43,733 nt of DNA. Origin: Fibrobacterales bacterium (GTDB lineage Bacteria > Fibrobacterota > Fibrobacteria > Fibrobacterales > JAOPTW01). Below the pieces are notes generated by a model. It had not been told where the DNA came from. It saw only the letters and a program-made list of their open reading frames with translations, and did not search any database. Below, one piece after another: positions 20,122 through 30,777 of this stretch. How positions within the stretch are numbered: the first letter of the stretch is position 1; each line of letters starts with the position of its first letter. Location: positions 1-43,733 of the forward strand of contig JAOPTW010000089.1 of NCBI GenBank assembly GCA_051532035.1, read 5' to 3'. Both the position numbers and the translations under genes were made by a program.

Positions 20122-21888
20122 TCACCAATGATGCATGGTCGAAATCATTGTCCTAATAGTAAGATTTTGCAGCTTCGAAACCAAAGGTGTGACAATGTCT
20201 GTACTATGTGACCTAATATGCAACACGCTATTATAAATAATACCTAACATCGCAAATACTTCAGGGACATCGACACCACATTCTTCAACGAAGCCAAGCT
20301 TTTTATTAGTTCCATGCATTTCTAAAAAAGCTATTTTGTGTTCCTCACCTAAAAGGTTATATATTTTTTTTTCAATCAATACCCGAACTGCACAACAAAC
20401 AGCCAGTGAGTCAAAGTTCTCTTTACCTTCAACATACTTTTTAAGTTGTCCCACCAAATAAGTATTAAACACACTGGCCTTCCCCCATGTTTCTTTTAAA
20501 GCTAGAGCTTGAAAATGCTCTCTATAATCAACTGTCTCTGCCTCTGGGTGATAGTGAAACATATATGTGGCTATATAGTTTTTTATTTCAACTTTTTCTC
20601 TGTTGCGTATTATTTTAAGTAAACTTGAACTATTAGCATCTGCTTGCTTATTCAAATGATATATTTTTTGGTTTTGAAAACAAAAAGTTTTGAAATGCAC
20701 AGGATCTAAGTGTGTTAATATTATTGGATAAAATATTTTACCATTTTTATTCATATCATTAATCATTTGCGTTACATGATATTGCACTGCTATCAAGTTA
20801 GCATCATCTAAATAATCAAAAACCTCATCGATTATAAGTATACATTTACTTTTTTTCCATTTCCGCTTTGCACGATATAATGATGCAATAAATGTTATGA
20901 CATCTCTCTCTCCATTTGAAATCTGATGAGCACCAGGAAAGGAAATTATCAGACCCTTCTTTTTATCTTCTTTTGGTTTTATACCCTTCCATGTACATTT
21001 GATAAACGAAAAAACCTGATCGAATTCCATTCTTTCACATACATATTTTGAGTATTTCACTGCAGCCTTTATTTCAGCTGAATTACTCTTAAGAACCTTA
21101 TATAAAACAAGAACTGTTAGATACACATCTACTCTATTAGTTGGACATTTTTTTGAAGTCCGAACTACTTCCCATAAGCTATTTAACGGGTATTGTTTTT
21201 GTAACAAATCTCCTAACGTTGTATCTAACTCTTGAATAATGGATTCCTTCGTACCAGTACTCTCATTTATAGTGCTAAAAATCCGATCAACATCTTCTAC
21301 ATTTCGTTTCCTATTTATTCTAACAAAATCAAAACAATTATAAGCTCTAACAATTAGTTTATGATCTTTAAAAAGTTCTGTAATATTTGGAAATATTTTT
21401 CCATTACCCCCAAGTTCCTTTTTTAAACCACTTACTGAATAGATAAGATGTTTTTTAGGAGGAATAGTTTTAATTAAAACTATATCTTCCACTGTAATCA
21501 TTGAAGTAGTATTCCTATACTGGCCCAAATTTTTTGTAGTAGCCTTAGCTTTCAACTTATTATTAATTACATGAACATCAAACTCAGAAGTTATTTCATT
21601 CTTTAGATCATCAGCAATATAATTTTTTAAACTCCCATCAGAAAACTGATACTCTATATTTAATATCGGATTATGCTGTTCCTCATTACAATAACTGTTC
21701 TCCTTACTTAAGCTAATTTTGTTTGTTTTTAATGATTCAAAAGCAACAGCTAGGGAACTTTTTCCAAATCCATTTGGGGCTACTATAATACTTGGCTTTT
21801 TTGCAATAATACCCAAATCAAAACATTTACTTTTAATACCTTTAACATTCTCTATTTTAATACTTTTAATAATTTCGCTGGCCATCAC
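20122..21888 (-). CDS. ABC/AAA-type ATPase (RloC/PrrC-like architecture possible)
   Basis: IKIENVKGI, Walker A APNGFGKS, signature ISNGERD, Walker B LIIDEVFDYLD, H-loop ILTH; helical C-terminus with VRVLIE...NSVLH. Confidence 0.75.
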   Translation of the reverse strand: MMASEIIKSIKIENVKGIKSKCFDLGIIAKKPSIIVAPNGFGKSSLAVAFESLKTNKISLSKENSYCNEEQHNPILNIEYQFSDGSLKNYIADDLKNEITSEFDVHVINNKLKAKATTKNLGQYRNTTSMITVEDIVLIKTIPPKKHLIYSVSGLKKELGGNGKIFPNITELFKDHKLIVRAYNCFDFVRINRKRNVEDVDRIFSTINESTGTKESIIQELDTTLGDLLQKQYPLNSLWEVVRTSKKCPTNRVDVYLTVLVLYKVLKSNSAEIKAAVKYSKYVCERMEFDQVFSFIKCTWKGIKPKEDKKKGLIISFPGAHQISNGERDVITFIASLYRAKRKWKKSKCILIIDEVFDYLDDANLIAVQYHVTQMINDMNKNGKIFYPIILTHLDPVHFKTFCFQNQKIYHLNKQADANSSSLLKIIRNREKVEIKNYIATYMFHYHPEAETVDYREHFQALALKETWGKASVFNTYLVGQLKKYVEGKENFDSLAVCCAVRVLIEKKIYNLLGEEHKIAFLEMHGTNKKLGFVEECGVDVPEVFAMLGIIYNSVLHIRSHSTDIVTPLVSKLQNLTIRTMISTMHHW

Positions 21889-21916
21889 ATTCTCATTTCA
21901 AATTTAATTTTAAACT

Positions 21917-24298
21917 TCAACCCAATACCGCAACCAACTCCCCTACAACCCGCAGAGAACTCAACACATCTTCCGTCAAAACAATATCCTCATAATTCGT
22001 AAAAAACGAATTTGGCCGCAACACTATCTTAGAATGCCTCCACCCATCATCTGTCTCAATCTTTGCACTCTGATACTGCTTAACCGTATACTGCCCACCC
22101 ATATCAGGATCTTGTATGGAATGATGTTCTACCAATACAACTTTCCCCTCTCTAGTACCACCAGTATCATGTTTAAACAGACACCACGAACCATTCGGTA
22201 TACGTTTATTCATAGACTCACCAATAACCTGACATAGGAAATACCCTTCTTTTACCTGATACGGTTCTGGAAGTACCGCCCATTCATAATCTTCAGGGTT
22301 TTGAAAGTCACTAAACCCACCTGCCGCCGCTTTTAGATGGAGTACAGGAATTGAGTTTACATATGGCTCCACCTCATTGTACTCCAGCACTTCAAATGGA
22401 TACTGCTGCTCTTGTTGAACTATATCTTCATCACCTTGAGTAAGAAAGCTTCGGAAATAGTTCCGCGTCTCTGCATCAACACTATAGACATAACAGCCTT
22501 TCTGACCTCGGGTCATAAGCGTCTTATACGTATTCTTTATGATCGCTTCGACCTTTTTAGTAGCAGCTTCAGGATCCGACTTAAATAGCTTCTTATACCC
22601 ACTAATAGATTTATCGGTCTTAGCGCGGCACTCAGGATTCACCTGAATAATACCATTACGTACTACTAGATCATCGCCCAAAATAACACCGATATAATCA
22701 AGCTCCAAACCCTGACACGTATGAATACACCCTGCCTCACTTACAGAGTCTTCTTTAAGTATCCATAGCATACCATGATCATTAAGGTTCCAGCGCATTT
22801 TGAAATCAAACTCAGGGATAGTGATATCAAAGGCTTCTTTTTCCTTCTTACTTATCCAGTTCCAACAATACCCTGCAACTATCCGAGCGGAGTTACCTCC
22901 TAAGTTCTTCTCTTCAATAAGTTGACGCATCTCATTTGGGTTATCAAACACCCTAAAATCGTAACTTTCATTATCGAGCTCAAAGTTAGCAGTCTCTCTG
23001 ATGTCTAATAAGTTATCGAGCCATGCCGTATAAGCTGTTGAACCATTACATCTAAACTGAGAAGCAAGTTTAAACTGAGATATCTCTGCTCCAGACTTAT
23101 TTGCCCACGCTTCAATCTCTGCTTTATGCCCTATATCCTTAAACGTAACTACTTGGTCATCATCAACGAAAAACACAGACACTTTAGATGTGGCTATTAT
23201 CTCCTTAACTTGGTTTTCACCCAAATGAGAGAACATACCTGATTTGGCGTTCAACCGGTGCGCCTCATCTACCAATAATACATCAAAGACATTTTCTTCT
23301 AAGGAATGGTAACCACCAGATCCCTTAAATAGATTATTATAGTGATTCTTTTTCATTGAGCCTGTGAGTTTAGCGGCATATACTTGACGAGGTGCAGAGT
23401 TCTTAGTCACATACTGCGCTACTTTCTCGAGTCTTGTAATCTCTACCAATAGATTGATAGCTACAACTGTTTTACCAGTGCCCGGTCCACCTTCAACGAT
23501 AAACACCCTCTTTGGGGCGTCTTCCCTATCAGTACCTCGTACAGCCTCTAATACTGACTCATAGATCACCTTCTGATCATCAATCATCATAAACTCAGGC
23601 TTACCAGCAAGCATATTTACTAGAGCATCCGCCAATCTCTTAGAAGGCTTAATTTTGCCACTCTCAATATGATACATAACCTGGTTAGCATCACCAAACA
23701 CCACATTCTGTTTGATGAACTGCCGTAACTTAAAAGCATCTTCTTTCAAGAACACAGGAGCTTTAGAGGTATAGCCATCATACCGAGAGTCCCTAATTTC
23801 TTTATCTGAATCTAAATTATGAAGATATGCACAAGGATTTAACTTAATCGTTCCATCATGGAGAGCTGAATTGTAATCTTGAATCAGTGCCGAATAAGTC
23901 CATGCTTGGTAGGATGGATGCTCAACATCTCTAACTTTCCCACCCAAATAGGTCTGAACAATCGCATCTTTATTGGTTGTTTTTACCGCATCCCACTGTT
24001 TCAATTCAATGATAACAACAGAATCACGTTTCTCTTTATCTCTACCTGCTACTATAAAATCAATACGTTTAGAAGACTGAGGAATACCATACTCAATAGC
24101 AACAGTACTATCACCAGGGATCTCATCATCAGCCATAACCCTATCCATATACTGGAGTGAATTATGCCATGAACGTACCTCATTATCAGATACACGTCTA
24201 TGGGTTTTCTGATACATGATCTCGTGAATTTTGGTTTCAATATTGTTAGTGAAAACGTCATCGCGAAATTGTTGTTTAGTGGCGTTGTAAATTATCAT
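21917..24298 (-). CDS. DUF2075-family nuclease-helicase fused to a C-terminal S24 (LexA-like) peptidase domain
   Basis: IEY..P..SKRIDF..IIELKQW; GGPGTGKT; VDEAHRL; SQFRCNGS; GCIHTCQGLELDY; LMTRG; tail VIGESMNKRIPNG...YTVK with a Ser-Lys dyad. Confidence 0.88.
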   Translation of the reverse strand: MIIYNATKQQFRDDVFTNNIETKIHEIMYQKTHRRVSDNEVRSWHNSLQYMDRVMADDEIPGDSTVAIEYGIPQSSKRIDFIVAGRDKEKRDSVVIIELKQWDAVKTTNKDAIVQTYLGGKVRDVEHPSYQAWTYSALIQDYNSALHDGTIKLNPCAYLHNLDSDKEIRDSRYDGYTSKAPVFLKEDAFKLRQFIKQNVVFGDANQVMYHIESGKIKPSKRLADALVNMLAGKPEFMMIDDQKVIYESVLEAVRGTDREDAPKRVFIVEGGPGTGKTVVAINLLVEITRLEKVAQYVTKNSAPRQVYAAKLTGSMKKNHYNNLFKGSGGYHSLEENVFDVLLVDEAHRLNAKSGMFSHLGENQVKEIIATSKVSVFFVDDDQVVTFKDIGHKAEIEAWANKSGAEISQFKLASQFRCNGSTAYTAWLDNLLDIRETANFELDNESYDFRVFDNPNEMRQLIEEKNLGGNSARIVAGYCWNWISKKEKEAFDITIPEFDFKMRWNLNDHGMLWILKEDSVSEAGCIHTCQGLELDYIGVILGDDLVVRNGIIQVNPECRAKTDKSISGYKKLFKSDPEAATKKVEAIIKNTYKTLMTRGQKGCYVYSVDAETRNYFRSFLTQGDEDIVQQEQQYPFEVLEYNEVEPYVNSIPVLHLKAAAGGFSDFQNPEDYEWAVLPEPYQVKEGYFLCQVIGESMNKRIPNGSWCLFKHDTGGTREGKVVLVEHHSIQDPDMGGQYTVKQYQSAKIETDDGWRHSKIVLRPNSFFTNYEDIVLTEDVLSSLRVVGELVAVLG

Positions 24299-24301
24299 AT
24301 G

Positions 24302-24628
24302 TTATTTAATCTCAGGGACAGGACCTATTAAGTCCTTCATAGCATTGTAGACTTTCGCATCAAAGAGTATAGAATTATCAAACACTTCTTTTTCAAAGGC
24401 ATCCATTTTTTTATCTGGATTTAAATTACTCCCAAATTGCCACCCCTGCTTAAAAAGTCCCATACAAGTTGGGCTCCAACCTCCAGAACTTCCAGAATAT
24501 GTATTGGCCATGCCAACCATAAAAGTATTTTCTTGTCCTGAATAATAGCCAGCCAGGGCGCAAAACTTTAAGTTCTCTGCACTAGCTAATCCATGTCCAA
24601 TTAATAGCAAAAACAAATATATTCTCAT
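24302..24628 (-). CDS. Small exported hypothetical protein
   Basis: Signal peptide MRIYLFLLLIGHGLASA; two Cys. Confidence 0.6.
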   Translation of the reverse strand: MRIYLFLLLIGHGLASAENLKFCALAGYYSGQENTFMVGMANTYSGSSGGWSPTCMGLFKQGWQFGSNLNPDKKMDAFEKEVFDNSILFDAKVYNAMKDLIGPVPEIK

Positions 24629-24636
24629 TAACACCC

Positions 24637-24963
24637 TTAAAGTTTATCCCACTTAGTTGCATTCCCCTTAGATTTATCAACGGGGTATTTCTCACTATTC
24701 TTCTGAAGTTTTTTCTCAATGATCTCCGTAACATCCAACCCTGCCTCATTAGCCATAAGAAGCGCATACATAAGCACATCTGCTAACTCCTCTTCAATCT
24801 TCAACTTATCGGCCTTATGAGCATCCCTCCAAAGAAAGACTTCCTGCAATTCAGCAGCTTCGATACTGAGCGCCATAGAGAGATCTTTAAGATTGTGAAA
24901 TTGCTTCCAGTCACGTTCATCTCTGAAGGCTACTAGCTTTTGTATGAGTTTATTTATTTCCAC
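24637..24963 (-). CDS. MazG-like nucleotide pyrophosphohydrolase
   Basis: FRDERDWKQFH, LSIEAAELQE, EEELADV, KNSEKYP. Confidence 0.92.
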   Translation of the reverse strand: MEINKLIQKLVAFRDERDWKQFHNLKDLSMALSIEAAELQEVFLWRDAHKADKLKIEEELADVLMYALLMANEAGLDVTEIIEKKLQKNSEKYPVDKSKGNATKWDKL

Positions 24964-25034
24964 TGGTTATCCTTACAGTTATCATTATTAAATCCCAAAC
25001 TTCACTATTTGATTAATTTAACTTCAATTTAAAT

Positions 25035-26524
25035 TTAAATAGATTCTAACTTTTTTTCTTTTGCAATATCAACAAACGATTGAATATATTTTCTAAACTC
25101 ACTTGAGTTCATTCGTGCATGTCTAGCATCATAAGTAGCATGAATTCTATTATATTTTGAACGTTTATTGAACATTACGAATACTCCTCCAAACCATCTT
25201 GTAACAATTCTAGAGCTATCTGTTATTGGATAGCCTTCACCATATTCATAAGGGTCTTCCATAATATATCTTGGATAATAAAGCCCAGGTTGTAGCTCAC
25301 TAACTTCTTCACTAGGAAAAGAAGATTCACCCAAAACATCAACATCTTTTGCCAGAATTTCATTTGATTGTAATGAAGCTTTTAAATAATCTAGTTCTAA
25401 ACGAAAATAATTCCATTGTTGATCGGAATCAAAAGACTCAAAATATAATACTTTTGGTTTTACAATATGCGGAACTCCATTAGTTTTTAATTCAATACAA
25501 CCAGGCTCTATAGATTCTTTTACTAGATCAAGATCTAATCCTCCCCCGTTGAAAAGAATAAATGATTCAATTGATTATATTTGCATACTGACTTCATAAC
25601 TTTTATAATATCTTCTTTCTTTCTCCATTCACACCTTACAGGAGTACTCAATGGGAATATTTCTTTCTGAATTTCCTTCCATTGCGCTCTATTACGCTCA
25701 TGATAATTATTATGTAAAAAAATGAATAGTTCAATTTCTCTAATCATTTCTTGCACAGTTAATCTTTCCTTAGGGTCATTTGACGTACATTTAACTAATA
25801 AATCATCTAATGGTTTTATATAATAGTCGCGAAAGCTAGAGGACAACCCAATGATTGAATCAGGAATATATTGGCCCTCAAAGCATTTACTATTTTCAGT
25901 AATAATTACCCAAATAGTTTTTGCAAATGAATATACATCAGCTTTAAGGCTATCAGCGGAAGATGATGTTCTTTGCATTTCAGGCGCAATTGTCCATTTA
26001 GGTCCAATTTGTTCGTCAACGATGGACACATCTGCCTTAGAAGGATAATCGACTAGGCCAAAATCTGCCAAATAATATTTGGAGTCTAAAAAAAGTATAT
26101 TTGCAATCTTAATATCTCTATGTGCAATATTTCTATTATGTAGTTTTTCAAGTACTTTGCATAACCCTAAAATGGCATGTAATTTGATGTCAAGGGCTTT
26201 TCCTTTAAGCTCATTTTCTGCACTTTTTGCTAAGGGCATAACATAATATGGCACCTTACGTTCAAAATCAATGGGTAAATCACTATCTACAACAGATAAA
26301 ACCCCATCAATATCTGAATTCTGTTCAAGAATTTTTGTTTCATCCTTAAACCTCTTATACGGCCTCTCCTTTACAGACTTTAATAATTTTATTGCCCTTT
26401 CATCACCATTTGAATTTTTACATTTCCAAACTTCACCATTCCCCCCTCTTCCAATTCTACGAATCAATTCCCATGACCCAATTTTTTGACTAGCTTTATA
26501 AGTTATACTCTTCTTGTTCGTCAT
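25035..26524 (-). pseudogene. Ser/Thr protein kinase (Stk2-like size and layout) split by a 1-bp frameshift near 25550
   Basis: GRGGNGEVW, AIK, HRDIKIANIL, DFGL, APE, DVYS; shifting frame after LNHLFF gives NGGGLDLDLVKESIEPGCIELK...WNYFRLE, open to the stop at 25035 (~496 aa in total). Confidence 0.8.
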
Positions 26525-26543
26525 CTTATCCTTATTAAAAACT

Positions 26544-29500
26544 CTATTCCATCTGATCAAAAACAAATACTAAATAAAAAAACAACACTGTTTCTTGTAA
26601 TCCATCAAGTCGTTTTTTCCATTCACAAATCACATCATCATTAATAGCGCAAGCAAATTCACCATCCGTCTCTTGTTCCGGGTCGGGGAAAAACTGTTTA
26701 TACTCATCTGACATTAATAAAAATGCGGCCGCACAACTATCACCCTCATCATCAAACCGATTTTCTAATAAATTAAGAAAATAAAGGAATGAATCTAAAA
26801 ATTTTTGAAAATCAATAATTAACTCATCACTAATACTTTGTATATAACTGTCTATAGTATCAAGATTACATTCAGGTATTTCAATAATTTCTATTATATG
26901 ACCAAGAAACATCCGAACTTTTGTATAAGCAGCTATAAACTCTGTAACCCTGCCTATACTCTCTTTATCACTTAACTCTATTCCGCATCTTTCGAATAAT
27001 TGTTCATCTTCCTGAGGCATATCCCAAAAATGAGCATTATCCGAAAGAACGCTTGTTAAAACATTCTGCTTTTTTACTGTTTGAAAAACGGCGGTACCCT
27101 CATATGTGAATACTAAACATATTGATTGCCAATAATAAGTAAACAGGAATTTTCTTTCAGTTTCGCTAAAATCCTGAACTACCTCATTCCAACATGTTGT
27201 AAAATGCAACCCCGAAGTATGCTTAACAAACAAATCTGTTTCGTCTTCGTTATCAAATCTTGGTTTTCTAACAAATTCGGCTATTACAATTAAGGAATTT
27301 TTATCCTCCCACAGCCCTTCCTTAAGTTCATAAGCCAGCCCACTATCTACATTTAGATATTTTTTCAATTTCTTTAAGATTGTATTTTTAGTTCTTGGTA
27401 CAAAATAATTAACACATAAATGATCTGGGTCATCAATTTTTTTATTGGGAAACAAGCAAACAAAATACCATGCTCCAAATAATCGATTTAAAGAATCGAA
27501 CTCTCTTTTTTCAAGTTCATAAATATTTATTTCAATACACAAATGAGAAAAATGTTTTCGAAACTCACTCTGAAATACGGGGAGTTCCTCAAGTGCATCT
27601 AATATATTATGTAGAGAAATGAAGTTTTCTTCTCCCCCCTCGATTCGTGTTTTTATGAGTTCCCGAAAACTCATTGAAAAGTTAACCATATTTGAAAATA
27701 TATTTGAACAAGCATTTCTATATTTCTCATATTGAATTAAAGGAATAGATACTTCATATGTATTCTTTTTATTTGAAGACCCACCTGTATTAGAATCCGT
27801 ATTGTCAGTAGAACCTTCTCTAGTAAATCCCCATTTATCAACAGCAACTTTAGGGTATCGTGGAACATCCTGAATCAACACTGTATATTGGTCAATGGCT
27901 CCCCACACTTCTTGATTCAGAAAATGATTATAAGTTCGCTTTTTAAAAGATTTCTTCAGTAATAGAAATAATTTTTTGTTAAACTCGATTTGCTGTATTC
28001 TTAGTTTCAGTATTTTAGCGGTATACTCCCCCCATGTTTCAACTCTATTTCCATAACTCAAATAGCCATGTAACGTACTATTTAAATGAACAAGGTTTGG
28101 TATTGGCAAATTTCCACGTGGTATTTTTTTGTAAGATTCATCATAATTATATTCATCAGGTATTTCAACTATCCCTTTAATAGTTTTTTGGCCATGCCCT
28201 TGAGTTGAGTAAAACTCGAAATCGGGATACATCTTAGCGACAACATCTATTATACTCATACTTTTATCATTAATAGATTCATACTTCGAAGTCAAAAATA
28301 TTTGTTTATCCTCTGATACCGGAAGAATATAATGAGCCTTAATAACTTTTTCTGTTTTGGTCAGTACAGCCACACCAAACTCGTCATAGAGCTTATTTTT
28401 TATTTCACTTTCATTAGTTGAAAATATATTTTTAATATCAGAATACTTTTCACTATTAAATCCATTTATCAATTCAGCAATGGCAAACACACTTAAACTC
28501 TCTAACCCCTCTTTTAGAACACCACTTACTTCAGAAAAAAGGTCTGTTTCTATTTCTAATCTATTATGCCAAAACGCTGACTCGCCTAGTGCGATACACT
28601 CATTTTCTGCCAATTTTAACACTGGTGCAATGTTTTGTTTACTAAACCAATCACCAGCATATGTAAAAATAGTGTTTTTTTCAGGCTGTAATTGATGGTA
28701 TTTTTCAACAATATCTTTGATTTCTGAAGCGTATTTATCTATAAAATCTTTATAAGGACTTTCTTTATCTAAAGAACAGCTACTTATATCTGTATCAAAA
28801 GCAAACAAGTAATTAACATGAGGCGCCTCTGCTGCCAACTCTTTAATCAATGGTTTTAACTTTTCAGCATACACTCTAACCCCATACCAAAGTAATGATT
28901 TTAAAATTCCAGACAAACCAATCCATTTTTGAGGTGTAAATATTGTCAGACAATTTATCACTAAATTGATTTCTGATTCAGATCTTTCAGCAAATGCATA
29001 TAGTAGAAATACCTCGAGGTCCTCCTCTACAATACTTGGTAAAGCCACTTCAAATTTACTCGACCATAGATTGAATGTATCATCAAATACGATCGATGCA
29101 ATAATTCTTGAGCGAATAGGGTGAAAACCTTCAATATGAGATCTGTCCTCAGATAGCTGCAAAATATATTCATTATTTAATTTATCTAGCACAACATCAG
29201 GAGCCGGCATTTGTGTCAGTATTAGTAAATTTCTCACCTCTATACGAGCGCCATAGCTGTTTACTAATGCAAAAATTCGCAACAACTCTAATTCATTAGC
29301 TTTCCCTGGTTGATTGGCCTCACTTTTAATACGTTGAATTTGTATTTTTAGTCGATCTTCAAGTTTTTCACCATGACACAATAGATACACATACTCTAAA
29401 AGTGGTCCTTTACCACCAAATTTCTGCCAACTACTATCAAAATCGGTGAATTTAGTTTGGCCTATTCCATTGTATATTTTCTCAGCTTCTTCTTTAGAAA

Positions 29501-30695
29501 ATTCAAGTTCTATAACCTTTGATATTGATTTCTCAGATACTTGTGTCTCATTTCGTTGCCAATCCTCATTACGAATAGCCATTAATAATTTCACATCTTC
29601 CAAACCAGATAATTGTTCAATGACATACGGCCAATATTTATCATTGATACTTACATCATAAAATAAAACTATTGGTAACTTAAATAGTTTATGATGTTGA
29701 ACAATTGCTTCACAAATACTGTAAACATGTTCTCTACTACCTGGTTCTTTGATAATATAGGCCAGCTCATGCGGGTATTGATCGAAAACATAGCGATATG
29801 CCAGAGAAGATTTCCCTTGGCCAGATGCCCCTCGAACAACAACAATATTATTTTCATCAAAAGCATTGCGAAGAATGTCCATTTTATCTTCACGCATAAC
29901 ATCACAATTCTGTTTTATATGTTCTAAGGTTGCTGATATCCCTTGTTTATATGAATCTTTAAAATTTTGTTTTTGCGTTGATTCAGATAAAATTGAACTA
30001 AATGATTTTATTGTACTTTGCCATACACGTGAATTTGTCTGATCCAAAACAAAATTGCCAATGCTGGTGATCCTTTCTAGTACATCCCCCCTTGTTAACC
30101 TAGTTTGATTTTCAGATTGTATAAAAACCCACCACATTAATAAATCTTTAGATGCTTCTATATCATTCCCTAATTGAGTAGAAGCTATTAGTTCGTCAAT
30201 TTCTGTTTGCAAATCTTCTTCATTTAACTGTTCAAACTTCAACGCATCAACTGTTGATTTTGATAAGTCAGTAGGCATTTCTTGAGCCTCAGATATTTTC
30301 TTTACTACTCGATCAATGGCCACTCTATCACCAGCTACACAATTCTTCAATTCTGCACCAAGACCCCCAAAGTGAGCCACATATACATCAGCTCCATCAT
30401 GACTCTCCAGATACTCTGAAACTCGCTTAATAAAAGAAGTACCTCTACTAGATTTCAAATCAGATAATGTTAGCGCACTTGAGTAATCCTTAACTTGCCA
30501 TATAGACGTCACCCTATCACCTATCTCAACATGGAAATCTTCTATCCCTTCAGGACAGATAATTTCATCATCAGAACTCTTTAGTAGCTTATACAAGACA
30601 AAAAGAATCTGTTTCCTATATCCTCTATATACATGAGAAGCATCATCTGTTTTTTTTGTTTTATTTGTCATTTTTTGCTCAATTTTATCAAACAT
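26544..30695 (-). CDS. Cap4-like nuclease + STAND NTPase protein (Avs/NLR-like)
   Basis: N-terminal YRGYRKQ...EGIEDF...WQVK; Walker A GASGQGKS; Walker B VLFYD; GPLLEYVY; long helical C-terminal region. Confidence 0.75.
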   Translation of the reverse strand: MFDKIEQKMTNKTKKTDDASHVYRGYRKQILFVLYKLLKSSDDEIICPEGIEDFHVEIGDRVTSIWQVKDYSSALTLSDLKSSRGTSFIKRVSEYLESHDGADVYVAHFGGLGAELKNCVAGDRVAIDRVVKKISEAQEMPTDLSKSTVDALKFEQLNEEDLQTEIDELIASTQLGNDIEASKDLLMWWVFIQSENQTRLTRGDVLERITSIGNFVLDQTNSRVWQSTIKSFSSILSESTQKQNFKDSYKQGISATLEHIKQNCDVMREDKMDILRNAFDENNIVVVRGASGQGKSSLAYRYVFDQYPHELAYIIKEPGSREHVYSICEAIVQHHKLFKLPIVLFYDVSINDKYWPYVIEQLSGLEDVKLLMAIRNEDWQRNETQVSEKSISKVIELEFSKEEAEKIYNGIGQTKFTDFDSSWQKFGGKGPLLEYVYLLCHGEKLEDRLKIQIQRIKSEANQPGKANELELLRIFALVNSYGARIEVRNLLILTQMPAPDVVLDKLNNEYILQLSEDRSHIEGFHPIRSRIIASIVFDDTFNLWSSKFEVALPSIVEEDLEVFLLYAFAERSESEINLVINCLTIFTPQKWIGLSGILKSLLWYGVRVYAEKLKPLIKELAAEAPHVNYLFAFDTDISSCSLDKESPYKDFIDKYASEIKDIVEKYHQLQPEKNTIFTYAGDWFSKQNIAPVLKLAENECIALGESAFWHNRLEIETDLFSEVSGVLKEGLESLSVFAIAELINGFNSEKYSDIKNIFSTNESEIKNKLYDEFGVAVLTKTEKVIKAHYILPVSEDKQIFLTSKYESINDKSMSIIDVVAKMYPDFEFYSTQGHGQKTIKGIVEIPDEYNYDESYKKIPRGNLPIPNLVHLNSTLHGYLSYGNRVETWGEYTAKILKLRIQQIEFNKKLFLLLKKSFKKRTYNHFLNQEVWGAIDQYTVLIQDVPRYPKVAVDKWGFTREGSTDNTDSNTGGSSNKKNTYEVSIPLIQYEKYRNACSNIFSNMVNFSMSFRELIKTRIEGGEENFISLHNILDALEELPVFQSEFRKHFSHLCIEINIYELEKREFDSLNRLFGAWYFVCLFPNKKIDDPDHLCVNYFVPRTKNTILKKLKKYLNVDSGLAYELKEGLWEDKNSLIVIAEFVRKPRFDNEDETDLFVKHTSGLHFTTCWNEVVQDFSETERKFLFTYYWQSICLVFTYEGTAVFQTVKKQNVLTSVLSDNAHFWDMPQEDEQLFERCGIELSDKESIGRVTEFIAAYTKVRMFLGHIIEIIEIPECNLDTIDSYIQSISDELIIDFQKFLDSFLYFLNLLENRFDDEGDSCAAAFLLMSDEYKQFFPDPEQETDGEFACAINDDVICEWKKRLDGLQETVLFFYLVFVFDQME

Positions 30696-30777
30696 TAATC
30701 TTTATTAAGGCTCATACGTTTAAAAGGAATCTTATAATCAGTAATTTATAGTATCGCACGATAAAACTTATTAACCA

